From NCBI GenBank assembly GCA_963545265.1, contig CAUUHY010000001.1:21918-85917 (forward strand): a DNA stretch of 64,000 nt, written 5' to 3'. This document shows, piece after piece, positions 20,972-31,553 of the stretch. Each line of letters starts with the position of its first letter. Within the stretch, counting starts at the first letter, position 1. A model generated the notes under the pieces. The model was not told the DNA's origin. It saw only the letters and a program-made list of their open reading frames with translations, and ran no database searches. The DNA comes from an uncultured Eubacteriales bacterium. Lineage in GTDB: Bacteria; Bacillota_I; Bacilli_A; RF39; UBA660. Position numbers and translations under genes: made by a program.

Positions 20972-22291
20972 ATGGTATATAAAAGTATAATAGATTTAAT
21001 TGGTAATACACCACTTGTAGAAATATCAAAAGATATTCATAAAATTAAAAATGTTAATTTGTATGCTAAATTAGAAATTTATAATCCGTTTGGATCGGTA
21101 AAAGATAGAACAGCTTACGGTATGTTAAAAGACCATTTAGAAGAAATAAAAGAGAAAAATTTAACAGTAATAGAATCTTCTAGTGGTAATACAGCAAAAG
21201 CTTTAAGTGTTTTATGTAATATTAATGATATAGATTTTAAAACTGTAACAAATAGAATAAAAATACCAGAAGTTAAAGATATACTTAAAACTTTTGGAGC
21301 TAATATATTAGAACTTCCTGGTTTATCAGAATGTCCTGATCCAAGTGATCCAAATGATTCATTAAAAGTAATATCTAAAATAATGGCAGCAAGTCCAGGT
21401 AAATATTTTTATCCAGACCAATATAGTAATCCAAATAATCCTTTGATGCACTACCATACTACTGGAAAAGAAATATGGGATGATTTAGGAAAAGTTGATT
21501 ATTTCTTTGGAACTTTAGGTACGGCAGGAAGTAGTGGAGGAATAGTAAAATATATTAAAGAAAAAAATTCTAATCTAAAAGCTTATGGTATAGTAGGTGA
21601 AAAAGGAGATTTAATTCCTGGAATTAGAAATAAAGATGAAATGCTTGAAGTAGGAAACTTTGATTTGAGTGTATACGATGGAATAGTTCAAGTTAGTACT
21701 AGTGAAGCGTTAGATTCTATGTTTACTTTAGTTAAAAAATGTGGAATATTAGGCGGACCTACTAGTGGAGCATGTTTGGCTGGAACACTTAAATATTTAA
21801 GTAAAATAGAAGATTCCTTAACAGAAGAAATAAATGTAGTGATAGTAGTTTGTGATAGAATTGAACACTATATGTCTTATATTAAGAAAAGAAGACCAGA
21901 ACTTTTCTACGAAGAGAAAAAAGAAAATATTTATAATTTAACAGAAGAAGATAAACAATATTTAAAACAAGTTAAAGTAGAAGATCTTGATGAATTTATT
22001 AATAAAGAAAAACCTTTAATCATAGATTTAAGAGGTAATTTAGCATATAGAAATTCTCATGTAAAAGGATCTATGAACATTTTAGAATCAATATTTTTAG
22101 ATGTTATAGATAATGCTATAGTTTTTGATAAAGATAAGGTAGTTTTACTTATATGTCCTACTGGTAATAAGTCTGATAAACTTTCAATGTTATTAAATAA
22201 AAAATTAATGAATGTATATAGTTTAGAGGGTGGTATGGTAGAACTTGTAAATAATGAATATCCATTAGAAAGAATTTCAAATCATGAATAG
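20972..22291 (+). CDS. CysK/CysM-like PLP beta-replacement enzyme fused to a C-terminal rhodanese domain
   Basis: KLEIYNPFGSVKDRTAYGM and SSGNTAKAL are hallmark CysK/CBS motifs; the last ~110 aa (LIIDLRGNLAYRNSHVKGSMNI...LICPTGNKSDK) form a rhodanese fold with a Cys in the active-site loop. Confidence 0.75.
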   Translation: MVYKSIIDLIGNTPLVEISKDIHKIKNVNLYAKLEIYNPFGSVKDRTAYGMLKDHLEEIKEKNLTVIESSSGNTAKALSVLCNINDIDFKTVTNRIKIPEVKDILKTFGANILELPGLSECPDPSDPNDSLKVISKIMAASPGKYFYPDQYSNPNNPLMHYHTTGKEIWDDLGKVDYFFGTLGTAGSSGGIVKYIKEKNSNLKAYGIVGEKGDLIPGIRNKDEMLEVGNFDLSVYDGIVQVSTSEALDSMFTLVKKCGILGGPTSGACLAGTLKYLSKIEDSLTEEINVVIVVCDRIEHYMSYIKKRRPELFYEEKKENIYNLTEEDKQYLKQVKVEDLDEFINKEKPLIIDLRGNLAYRNSHVKGSMNILESIFLDVIDNAIVFDKDKVVLLICPTGNKSDKLSMLLNKKLMNVYSLEGGMVELVNNEYPLERISNHE

Positions 22292-23393
22292 AGAAGATTT
22301 TTCATACTTTGAAAACAATAGAGAAACTATATATTTTGATAATGCAGCAACAAGTTTAAAACCTAAAGTTGTAGTTAATAAGATTATCGAATATTATAAT
22401 AAAAATTCTTATAATATTAATAGAGGTATATATAAGGGTGCTAATTTAATATCAAAAGAAGTAGAAGAAACTAAAGAAATAGTTAAAAAATTTATAAATG
22501 CAGAAAGTAAAGAAAACATCTTTTTTACAAGTGGTGCAACAGCTTCTTCAAAAATATTAAGTGAAATATTTGATAGTATTTTAACAGAAGAAGATGAAAT
22601 ATTGCTTTCAAAAAATGATCATATATCTACAATAAAACCTTTTATTGATAAGTTTTCTAATATAAAAGAAATATTAATAGATAAAAATATAGATTATGAC
22701 GAAGAAGATTTATATAAAAAATTAAATAAAAATACTAAATTAGTAATTCTTACGTATATTCATAATTTATATGGTTACGATATGGGACTTAGTTATATAA
22801 TTCCTAAGATTAGAGAAAAAACAGATGCTTTTATTATAGTTGATGCATCTCAAGCAGTTGGACATTTAAACGTTGATGTAAAAAAATTAGATGTAGATGC
22901 ATTATATTTTTCAGGGCATAAAATGTTTAGTGAAACAGGTGTAGGCGTTTTATATATGAACGATAGATTAAAGTCTTTATCAAACTATGATTTTTCTTTA
23001 GGTACACCTAATATTAGTGGAATACTTTCATTAAAAGAAGCTATTAAATATATTAATAATCTAGGTATTTTAAATATAGAAAAATATGTTAGAGATTTAA
23101 CTGCATATTTAAAAGATAGATTAGAAGATATAGAAGAAGTAGAAGATGATATGGGAATTATGAGATTAAGTTGTAGACTTGGATATGGAATTATAAGTTT
23201 TAAAATAAAAAACTTAGATGAAAGAGAAGTTGCAAGTGTTTTATCTAATTATAATATCTATGTTAGAAGTGATAACCAGTGTAACTACAACAAAGAAAGT
23301 TATTTAAGAGTAAGCTTACATTTTTATAATACAAAAGAAGAAATAGATAGATTTATTAATATATTAAAAAATATTGTTAAAGAAAGAATATGA
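22284..23393 (+). CDS. Class V aminotransferase, SufS/NifS-like cysteine desulfurase
   Basis: FSGHKMFSETGVGVLY matches SufS SGHKMxGPTGxGxLY; candidate catalytic Cys in VRSDNQCNY; 369 aa; 8-nt overlap with the upstream gene. Confidence 0.7.
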   Translation: MNREDFSYFENNRETIYFDNAATSLKPKVVVNKIIEYYNKNSYNINRGIYKGANLISKEVEETKEIVKKFINAESKENIFFTSGATASSKILSEIFDSILTEEDEILLSKNDHISTIKPFIDKFSNIKEILIDKNIDYDEEDLYKKLNKNTKLVILTYIHNLYGYDMGLSYIIPKIREKTDAFIIVDASQAVGHLNVDVKKLDVDALYFSGHKMFSETGVGVLYMNDRLKSLSNYDFSLGTPNISGILSLKEAIKYINNLGILNIEKYVRDLTAYLKDRLEDIEEVEDDMGIMRLSCRLGYGIISFKIKNLDEREVASVLSNYNIYVRSDNQCNYNKESYLRVSLHFYNTKEEIDRFINILKNIVKERI

Positions 23394-23763
23394 TATGAAA
23401 GATACTAAACAAAGAAATTATATTTTAGATGTATTAAATAATAATAATAAGAGTTTATATGTAGAAGAAATATGTGATTTAGTAAACGAAAAGTCAGATT
23501 CTAAAGTAGCATTATCTACAATTTATAGAAATGTTAATAAACTTTTAGAAAAAGAAATGATTATAAAAACTTTTGATAAGTCTGGAAAAGCTATGTATAT
23601 AAAAAGTCATAAACATAGTCATGAATTTAAGTGTAGTAAGTGTCATAAGATAATAACTTTAGATATTTGTCCTTATACTATAATTGAAGAAAATTTGAAA
23701 AATAATGGATTAACTGTAGAAGAAACTAAAATAAAAGTAAGATGTAGTTCTTGTAAAGAATAG
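23374..23763 (+). CDS. Fur-family metalloregulator (Fur/Zur/PerR/Nur-like)
   Basis: 129 aa; winged-helix N-terminus, HxH plus two CxxC pairs (CSKCHK...CSSCKE); overlaps the desulfurase gene end. Confidence 0.7.
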   Translation: MLKKEYDMKDTKQRNYILDVLNNNNKSLYVEEICDLVNEKSDSKVALSTIYRNVNKLLEKEMIIKTFDKSGKAMYIKSHKHSHEFKCSKCHKIITLDICPYTIIEENLKNNGLTVEETKIKVRCSSCKE

Positions 23764-23816
23764 CATTACTTTTATTTTTATTATATAATCTATATGTTTA
23801 AAGAAAGAGTGTTAAT

Positions 23817-25436
23817 ATGGAAAAAAGAGATATTTTTATAGGTGGAGCTTGGCCTTATGCAAATTATTATTTACATGTAGGACATCTAGCAGCTCTACTT
23901 CCAGGAGATATAATTGCTAAGTATTATAGAGAATGTAAAGATAATGTTATTTATGTATCGGGATCTGATTGTCATGGTACTCCAATAACTGAAAGAGCTA
24001 GAAAAGAAAATACTACTCCTTTAAAAATAGCTACATTATATCATAATGAATTTGTAAAAACTTTTAAAAATTTAGGATTTGAATATGATTTATATACTGC
24101 TACTATGTCAGAAGATCATAAAAAATATGTAGAGGAATTTTTTAAAAAAATAAAAGAAAATGGATATCTTTTTGAAAAAGAAGAGGATGAAGATTATTGT
24201 ATTCATTGTCAAAAATTCTTATCGGATAGAGAAATACTAGGAACTTGTCCACATTGTGGTGGAACAAGTACAGGAGATCAATGTGAAGTATGTGGTACAT
24301 CTTTAGATAGTAAAGATTTACTTGATAAACATTGTAAAATTTGTTCTAATCCTACAACTCTTAGAAAAAATAAACATTTATATTTTAAACTTCCTGAATT
24401 TAAAGAAGAATTACAAAATTTAATAAATAAAAATAAAGATAAATGGAGAAAAAACGCTATTGGTGAAGCTCAAAAATATATAGATATGGGGCTTGTTAAT
24501 AGAGCAGCTACAAGACAACTTGATTGGGGAGTAAATGTACCAGTAGAAGGATATATAGATAAAAGAATATATGTATGGCTTGAAGCAGTATTAGGATATT
24601 TATCAGCAGGAGAAAAGGTAGCAAAAGAAAAAAATATAGATTTTGATTTATTTATGGATGATAATAATAAAAATTTAATTACTTATTATGTACATGGTAA
24701 AGATAATATTCCTTTTCATACAACAATATATCCACCTTTAATATTAGCTAGTAAAAAGAATTATAGATTACCAGATTATATAGTTTCATCAGCATATGTT
24801 AATTTAAATAATGATAAGATGAGTAAGTCAAAGGGTAATTTAATAACTGCTAATGAATTATTAGAAAAATTTGATAGTGATACACTTAGATTTTATTTTT
24901 CTTATAAAGGTCCTGAAACTAACGATATGAATTGTTCAATTGAAGATATAATTCAAACACATAATAAGTTTTTAGTAGGTATGTTAGGTAATTTTATCAA
25001 TAGAAATTTATCTTTTATAAATAAAAAATTTGATGGAGTTATAAAAGAAAGTACTGTAGATGAAGAAACAGTAAATATTACAAAAGAAGTTTATAAATCT
25101 GTAGCAGAAAGCTTTGAAAAAGCAGAAATAAGAAATGCAGTACAAAAAATCGTAGACTATATATCATATGCTAATAAATATTATGATAGTAATGAACCTT
25201 GGTTAAGAGTAAAAGATAATATAGATGAATTTAATAAGATAACATATACATGTATATATATTATGGCTAATCTGGCTAATTTAATTTATCCTATATTACC
25301 AAAAGCATCAAAGAAGATAAAAGAAATGTTAAGTTTTGAAGATTTAAAATGGGAAGAAGAAAAACTATCTGGTGATTATCATATAAAAAATTTAGATATT
25401 TTATATAATAGAATAGAAGAAAAAATACTTAAATAA
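23817..25436 (+). CDS. metG: Methionyl-tRNA synthetase (short form)
   Basis: HVGHLAALLPGD (HIGH-like), zinc knuckles CPHCGG/CEVCG, KMSKS motif KMSKSKGN; 539 aa. Confidence 0.9.
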   Translation: MEKRDIFIGGAWPYANYYLHVGHLAALLPGDIIAKYYRECKDNVIYVSGSDCHGTPITERARKENTTPLKIATLYHNEFVKTFKNLGFEYDLYTATMSEDHKKYVEEFFKKIKENGYLFEKEEDEDYCIHCQKFLSDREILGTCPHCGGTSTGDQCEVCGTSLDSKDLLDKHCKICSNPTTLRKNKHLYFKLPEFKEELQNLINKNKDKWRKNAIGEAQKYIDMGLVNRAATRQLDWGVNVPVEGYIDKRIYVWLEAVLGYLSAGEKVAKEKNIDFDLFMDDNNKNLITYYVHGKDNIPFHTTIYPPLILASKKNYRLPDYIVSSAYVNLNNDKMSKSKGNLITANELLEKFDSDTLRFYFSYKGPETNDMNCSIEDIIQTHNKFLVGMLGNFINRNLSFINKKFDGVIKESTVDEETVNITKEVYKSVAESFEKAEIRNAVQKIVDYISYANKYYDSNEPWLRVKDNIDEFNKITYTCIYIMANLANLIYPILPKASKKIKEMLSFEDLKWEEEKLSGDYHIKNLDILYNRIEEKILK

Positions 25437-25464
25437 GTATTTTTTTTAATGTTATAATACATAT

Positions 25465-26040
25465 ATGGAATATTATTTAAAAGATAAAAAAGTAAATTTA
25501 ATAATAAATAAAAAGTTTAGTAAAAATGGTTTAACTTTAAAAATAGATAAAGATTTAAATATAGTAGTAAATTGTAATTTTTTTATGAATCAAAAATATA
25601 TTTATGAATTTATTGATAAAAACCAAGATAAAATATTAAGAATGTTAAATCAAAAAGAAGAAGAAAATGAATATTATTTTTTAGGTAAAAAATATGAAAA
25701 AATAGATAACTATGATTTATTTTTAAAAAAGAATACTAAAAAATATACCGAAGAAATGATAGGTGATATAGTTAATAATTTTACTTATAAATTACCAAAA
25801 TTTAGCATTAGATATCGTAAGATGACTACTAGATGGGGAGTATGTAACAATAAACTTAAAGTTATTACATTAAATACTTTGCTTATAAAAAAAGATTTAA
25901 AATATTTAAATTATGTAATAGTTCATGAATTGAGTCATTTTATTCATCAAAATCATTCAAAAGAATTTTGGAAAGTGGTAGAAGAAAATTGTAAAGATTA
26001 CAAAAAAATAAGAAAGGAATTAAAAGATGGAAATTATTAA
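25465..26040 (+). CDS. YgjP-like (DUF45/M48-like) metal-dependent hydrolase
   Basis: HELSHFIHQNHSKEFW matches the HEXXH...NHS signature of the YgjP/UTP pyrophosphatase family. Confidence 0.65.
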   Translation: MEYYLKDKKVNLIINKKFSKNGLTLKIDKDLNIVVNCNFFMNQKYIYEFIDKNQDKILRMLNQKEEENEYYFLGKKYEKIDNYDLFLKKNTKKYTEEMIGDIVNNFTYKLPKFSIRYRKMTTRWGVCNNKLKVITLNTLLIKKDLKYLNYVIVHELSHFIHQNHSKEFWKVVEENCKDYKKIRKELKDGNY

Positions 26041-26737
26041 AAGTAGTGATAATAAGAAATTTAAATCTTTAAAAAAGTTATTAACTAAAAAAGAAAGAGA
26101 AAAAACAAAAACTTTTTTAATAGAAGGTAAAAATATTATAGAAGAAGCTAAAAAACATAATAAAATATTAACTTATATAACTGATGATATAAATAAAGTC
26201 GAACATAATATATTTTATGTAGATAAAAAATTAAAAGAAAGTTTATCTAGCTTAAAAAATTCAAATGAAGATATAGCTTTAGTAAAATATTTAGATAATA
26301 AAGATATTAGTACTGGTACTATTCTTTTAGTAGATAATGTAAGAGATCCATCTAATCTTGGAACAATATTAAGAACTTGTTTAGCTTTTGGAATTAAAGA
26401 CGTTGTTCTTAGTTTAAATACAGTTGACTTATACAATCCTAAAGTTTTAAGGGCAAGTGAAGGAGCAATATTTTCTTTAAATATATTAAGAGAAGATTTA
26501 ATTAGTTTTATATCTAAAAATAAAGATTACAAGGTTTTATCTACATCTTTAAAAGCTAATGATTTAAAATCTTTAAAAACAAACAAAAAAATGATAGTTA
26601 TTGGAAATGAAGGAAAAGGTGTTAGTGAAGGAATATTAGAAATAAGTGATGATTATTTAAAGATTCCTATTAAAAATATCGATTCTTTAAATGTAGCAAT
26701 AGCTACTTCGATAATTTTATATGAAAATAGTAAGTAA
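26027..26737 (+). CDS. TrmH/SpoU-family RNA 2'-O-methyltransferase
   Basis: SPOUT motifs LLVDNVRDPSNLGTILRTCLAFG and GNEGKGVSEG; 236 aa. Confidence 0.75.
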   Translation: MEIIKSSDNKKFKSLKKLLTKKEREKTKTFLIEGKNIIEEAKKHNKILTYITDDINKVEHNIFYVDKKLKESLSSLKNSNEDIALVKYLDNKDISTGTILLVDNVRDPSNLGTILRTCLAFGIKDVVLSLNTVDLYNPKVLRASEGAIFSLNILREDLISFISKNKDYKVLSTSLKANDLKSLKTNKKMIVIGNEGKGVSEGILEISDDYLKIPIKNIDSLNVAIATSIILYENSK

Positions 26738-26771
26738 TATTTTTTTATGATAAAATTAAAATAGGTGAATT

Positions 26772-28409
26772 ATGAAAAAAGATAATTTTTTACAAGGAGC
26801 TTTTATAGCAACTCTTGCTATAGTTATTGCGAAGGTTTTAGGAATAATATATGTTGTTCCTTTTAATAGAGCAGTAGGAACTTTAGGTGGAGCACTTTAT
26901 GGTTATGCATATAGTATTTATACTATATTTTTAAGTTTATCTACAGCAGGTATTCCTTTTGCCGTAAGTAAGATGGTAAGTGAATACTCCGAATTAGGTT
27001 ATGTAAAGTCTAAAGAAAAAGCTTTGAAAATTGCATGTTTAACCCTAGGAATTTTAGGAATAGTGTCTTTTTTGTTCTTAATGATTTTAGCTCCATTTAT
27101 TGCTTCTTTTATAGTTGCTGGCAAAAGTGGTGGTAACTCTATTGAAGATATTACTTTTGTAATTAGAGTTATTTCTTTTTCTATTTTAATAGTACCTATA
27201 ATGAGTGTTTATAGAGGATATTTTCAAGGACATAAATATATTAAAGCTACTTCTTATTCTACTATTATAGAGCAAGTTATTAGAGTTGGTATAATTATAA
27301 TTATAAGTGCTATGGCAATTCTCATACCAAGTATAAAATATAAAGAAACTGTTTCTATTGCTTTAATAGCAGCAAGTCTTGGAGCTCTTATATCGTTATT
27401 ATATTTATATATTAAGAGTATTAAAAATAAAAAAGAATTTAATAAGAAAAATCCTGAAATAATCGAACCTAGAATTAGTAATAAACAAATATTTTATAAA
27501 TTATGGGGATATGCAGTACCATTTATTGTTTTAAATGTATGTAAATCTGTATATACATCAGTAGATGTTTTTTTACTTCCTAGAATGTTACCAGAAATGT
27601 TTAATTATACAAAAGAAAATGCTGAAATAGTATCTTCCGTTTTATCTACTTGGGGATTTAAGCTTAATATGATAGTTGTATCTATTGCAACAGGTATTAT
27701 GACATCTTTAGTTCCTAATATAGCTAGTAGTTTAGCTACTAAAAACTATGAAAATATTAGACGTAAGGTTAATCAATCATTGGAAATATTAGTATTTTTT
27801 TCTATTCCTATGACTTTTGCTTTAGCTTTTTTAGTAACTCCGGTTTGGAATATATTTTATAAAAATAATACTCTAGCGATAAATGTATACTTAATTTATA
27901 TATTTACTATTATATTTAATGTTATATTTACAACGACATCTTTAATAATTCAAACTTTAGGACATAATAAAATTATGTTAAAAGCATTATTAATTGGATT
28001 CTTAAGTAAAATAATACTTCATGTTCCGCTTATGAAAGCATTTCATTCAATATCTCTTCCACCATATATTGGAGCGATATTATCTACTATGATAGGGTTT
28101 GGAATATGTTCATATATTTGTTTAAAATTTTTAAAGAAAGAATATGATATAAGTTATAAAGATACATATATTGTTCTTGTTTGTGTAATTTTTGCAACTC
28201 TTATTATGTTACTTGCTATGTTTATATTAAAAATATTTATACCAGTAGCAGTGACAGCAAAATTAAGTGCAATAATAACAGTTATCATTTATACTGTAGT
28301 AGGAGTATTATCGTTCTTTTTATCGATAAGAAAAACTAAAGCTTTTAGATTAATTCTTGGAAAAGATAAATACTTAGAAATGAAAAAGAAGTTTAAAAAG
28401 ATTTTGTAG
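26772..28409 (+). CDS. MOP-superfamily flippase (MurJ/Wzx/SpoVB-like polysaccharide biosynthesis protein)
   Basis: 545 aa, ~14 TM; the N-terminus resembles the SpoVB/YtgP family. Confidence 0.65.
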   Translation: MKKDNFLQGAFIATLAIVIAKVLGIIYVVPFNRAVGTLGGALYGYAYSIYTIFLSLSTAGIPFAVSKMVSEYSELGYVKSKEKALKIACLTLGILGIVSFLFLMILAPFIASFIVAGKSGGNSIEDITFVIRVISFSILIVPIMSVYRGYFQGHKYIKATSYSTIIEQVIRVGIIIIISAMAILIPSIKYKETVSIALIAASLGALISLLYLYIKSIKNKKEFNKKNPEIIEPRISNKQIFYKLWGYAVPFIVLNVCKSVYTSVDVFLLPRMLPEMFNYTKENAEIVSSVLSTWGFKLNMIVVSIATGIMTSLVPNIASSLATKNYENIRRKVNQSLEILVFFSIPMTFALAFLVTPVWNIFYKNNTLAINVYLIYIFTIIFNVIFTTTSLIIQTLGHNKIMLKALLIGFLSKIILHVPLMKAFHSISLPPYIGAILSTMIGFGICSYICLKFLKKEYDISYKDTYIVLVCVIFATLIMLLAMFILKIFIPVAVTAKLSAIITVIIYTVVGVLSFFLSIRKTKAFRLILGKDKYLEMKKKFKKIL

Positions 28410-28417
28410 GAGAAAAA

Positions 28418-29023
28418 ATGAAAAAAATATTAATTTTGTTTATCTTTGTAGTTTTTTGTACTTCATGTAATATATACGAAACTAAAGATATGAAAATTAC
28501 CCAATTAGAAGAATTATTTTTGGTAAAAGAAAATAGATATAATCAAAGTTTTTCAGGATATAGATATTATTTACCAATAGGTATGAAAAATGTAAAAAAA
28601 GTAGAAAATACTTTTAAATTATCATATAAAAACACTTATATGTATTTATATGTTGATCTAATAAGTTATTTGAATAAAACCGAGATTAAATATAAACCAA
28701 ACTCATCAACATTTTACAGTAAAAAACTTAAAAATGGATTTTTAGAAATAAAAAAATTAGAAAATAATGAATATTCTTATATAATAGTATATAATTATGG
28801 AAGAATAGAAGGTGTAGTTGAAAGTAAAAATCTTAACGATGCACTTAGTAATTCTATGATTATTTTATCTAGTATTAAATATAATGATAAGTTATTAAAT
28901 ACTGTGTACAATAAAGATAATGAAAGAGCAAAAAATTTTGATTTAAATAATAATCGCCAAAGTGTTAGCGATGATATAAAAAAAGAAAAAAGTGAAGATG
29001 ATTTAAATTTAAATTTTAAATAG
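28418..29023 (+). CDS. Hypothetical lipoprotein
   Basis: Signal peptide with lipobox FCTSC; 201 aa. Confidence 0.5.
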   Translation: MKKILILFIFVVFCTSCNIYETKDMKITQLEELFLVKENRYNQSFSGYRYYLPIGMKNVKKVENTFKLSYKNTYMYLYVDLISYLNKTEIKYKPNSSTFYSKKLKNGFLEIKKLENNEYSYIIVYNYGRIEGVVESKNLNDALSNSMIILSSIKYNDKLLNTVYNKDNERAKNFDLNNNRQSVSDDIKKEKSEDDLNLNFK

Positions 29024-29035
29024 TTTGGAGGAAAT

Positions 29036-29923
29036 ATGTCATTTTTTAGTAAAATTAAAAGCACGTTTTTTGAGGAAGTTGATGAACCAGAAAGAGAAGA
29101 AGCTAAAAATATAGAAGAAATTACACCAGTTGAAACATTTAAACCAAGAGAAGAAAAAATAGAAAATGTAGATAATAATAGAAATTTAAAAAGAGCAGAA
29201 TTTACTCTTTATGAAGATGAAACAGAAGATGATTTTGCTGTAGCTAAAACTCAATCATTTAAAGTAGTTCCTATGGAAGAAGAAAAACCAGTTGAAAAGC
29301 CATTAAGAGTAATTGAGCAACCTAAAAAGGAAGAAAAAATAGAATTAAGAATACAAAAAGAAATAGTTCAACCCCCAAAAAAAGAGATAGAAGAATCAGT
29401 AAAAAGAGTTGATGAAACTAGACCTTTTAGACCTAGTTCAATAGTTTCTCCAGTATTTGGAATAATAGATAAGAATCCTTTAAAAAAATATGAAGCACCT
29501 AAAGTTAAAAATGAAAAAGATAAAATTTTAGATGGTATAAGAACTTATGTTACTCCAATGGGAATTAAAACAGTAGCAGTAAAAGATGAAAAAGAAAATA
29601 AAGAAGTTAAAAAAGAAGAAAATATAGTAGATTTAAAAGAAGAAAAAGCAGTACCTAATGTTAAAAATGTTACTATAGAAGATGCTAGTGAATACTATAA
29701 TGATTTAGGTTTAGAATATAATGTTAATTATAAAGATAATAGAGTTTCTTCAGTAGATGAATTTAGTGAAGATGATGAAATCAAAACAACAAGAAAAGTA
29801 GAAAAAGAAAAAACTGCTAAAATGTTACAAGAAGAAAGTGATAAAAATAAAAAAAATCAAGATCCAACAGATGAGGAAGATTTATTCAATTTAATTGAAT
29901 CAATGTATGAAAAAGATAATTAA
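29036..29923 (+). CDS. Hypothetical K/E-rich protein
   Basis: RBS GGAGG; 295 aa, low complexity and highly charged. Confidence 0.5.
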   Translation: MSFFSKIKSTFFEEVDEPEREEAKNIEEITPVETFKPREEKIENVDNNRNLKRAEFTLYEDETEDDFAVAKTQSFKVVPMEEEKPVEKPLRVIEQPKKEEKIELRIQKEIVQPPKKEIEESVKRVDETRPFRPSSIVSPVFGIIDKNPLKKYEAPKVKNEKDKILDGIRTYVTPMGIKTVAVKDEKENKEVKKEENIVDLKEEKAVPNVKNVTIEDASEYYNDLGLEYNVNYKDNRVSSVDEFSEDDEIKTTRKVEKEKTAKMLQEESDKNKKNQDPTDEEDLFNLIESMYEKDN

Positions 29924-29957
29924 TTATATCTATAATATCAATAGATATAATTTTTTT
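29924..29957 (+). terminator. Rho-independent terminator
   Basis: ttatatctat/atagatataa hairpin plus a T7 run. Confidence 0.55.
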
Positions 29958-30014
29958 ATTACTTGCACTAGTTTATAAAAAAGTTTACAATTAAGATATT
30001 AAAAGGAGATTATA

Positions 30015-31553
30015 ATGGAAAAATATATAATAATCTTCTCTTTAATAGTAAGCTTATTATTATTACTAATTTTAGTTATATCAATTGTAAAAAATAATTC
30101 TAAAAAAGCAAAAGAAGAATATGATAAATTAATAAAAGAAGGGGAAAAATTAAAAAGAGAATTAATATTTGAAGCAAAAGAAGAAATACATAATTTAAAA
30201 TTAGAAGCAGAAAAAGAAGTTCAAGAAAAGAAAAAAGAATCAAAAGAGATAGAAGAAAGACTTTTACAAAGAGAAAAAAATATCGATAGAAGGGATGAAC
30301 TTTTACAAAAAAGAGAAGAATTAGTTGAAGAAAAAGATCAAAAGATTGGTGAAAAGCAATTAGCTTTACAAGAAGAATATTTTAAAATAGATGATTTAAA
30401 AGAAGAACAACTTAAAGAGTTATCAAATATTTCAAAACTAACAAAAGAAGAAGCAAGAGAAAAAATACTCGATAGGGTAGAAAAAGAAATAGATAACGAA
30501 ATAGCAGAACTTATAAAAGAAAAAGAAGAAGAAGCAACACTTAATGTAGATAAAAAAGCAAAAGAGATGTTAGTTCAAGCTATGTCTAAATATTCTGCTA
30601 GTGTTACTAATGAAAAAACTATAACTGTAGTTAATTTACCAAATGATGATATGAAAGGTAGATTAATTGGAAGAGAAGGAAGAAATATTAGAACACTTGA
30701 GGCTATTACAGGAGTTGATCTTATAATAGATGATACACCTGAAGTTATCGTTTTATCATCATTTGATATATATAGAAGAGAAATAGCAAGAGAAGTACTA
30801 GATATATTACTTCAAGATGGAAGAATACATCCAGCTAGAATAGAAGAAGTATACGATACTGTATCTAAAGAAATGCAGTTAAAATTAATGGAATATGGTA
30901 ATCAAGCACTATTTGAATTAGGTATTAACAAAATGAGTAAAGAACTAATTGAAAAATTAGGTAAACTTCATTTTAGGACTAGTTTTGGTCAAAATGCTTT
31001 AACACATTCTATTGAAGTTGCTCATTTATCTGGTTTACTTGCAGGAGAACTTGGAGAAAATGTAAATCTAGCTAAAAGAGCAGGTCTTCTTCACGATATA
31101 GGAAAAGCAGTAGATCACGATATGGAAGGAAGTCATGTAGAACTTGGTATAGAACTAGCTAAAAAATATAATGAACCAGAGGTAGTAATAAATGCTATAG
31201 CATCTCACCACGGTGAAGTAGCAGCAACTAGTGTTATTTCTTCACTTGTTGCAGTAGCAGATTCTATATCAGCATCTCGTCCTGGAGCAAGAAGTGATAC
31301 ATTAGAAAATTATATAAAAAGATTAGAAGACTTAGAAAATATAGCTAAGAATATGGATGGTGTAGAAAAAGCATATGCTGTTCAAGCAGGAAGAGAAATT
31401 AGAGTTATGGTTAAACCAGAGAAAATTAATGACTCTAAACTACCAAAACTTGCAAGAGATATAAAGAAAGATATTGAAGCTAATCTACAATATCCAGGCA
31501 CTATAAAAATAACAGTTATAAGAGAAACAAGAATACAGGAAGAAGCTAAATAA
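30015..31553 (+). CDS. rny: Ribonuclease Y
   Basis: N-terminal TM, coiled coil, KH domain ([15 protein letters not shown]), HD domain (HDIGK); 512 aa. Confidence 0.9.
   Translation: MEKYIIIFSLIVSLLLLLILVISIVKNNSKKAKEEYDKLIKEGEKLKRELIFEAKEEIHNLKLEAEKEVQEKKKESKEIEERLLQREKNIDRRDELLQKREELVEEKDQKIGEKQLALQEEYFKIDDLKEEQLKELSNISKLTKEEAREKILDRVEKEIDNEIAELIKEKEEEATLNVDKKAKEMLVQAMSKYSASVTNEKTITVVNLPNDDMKGRLIGREGRNIRTLEAITGVDLIIDDTPEVIVLSSFDIYRREIAREVLDILLQDGRIHPARIEEVYDTVSKEMQLKLMEYGNQALFELGINKMSKELIEKLGKLHFRTSFGQNALTHSIEVAHLSGLLAGELGENVNLAKRAGLLHDIGKAVDHDMEGSHVELGIELAKKYNEPEVVINAIASHHGEVAATSVISSLVAVADSISASRPGARSDTLENYIKRLEDLENIAKNMDGVEKAYAVQAGREIRVMVKPEKINDSKLPKLARDIKKDIEANLQYPGTIKITVIRETRIQEEAK

Noticed and set aside
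23764-23816. Expected a T-box leader upstream of metG by analogy with leuS and glyQS
   Set aside because: The intergenic region is only 53 nt and contains no GGTGGNACCGCGG core; there is just a TATAAT-like -10.
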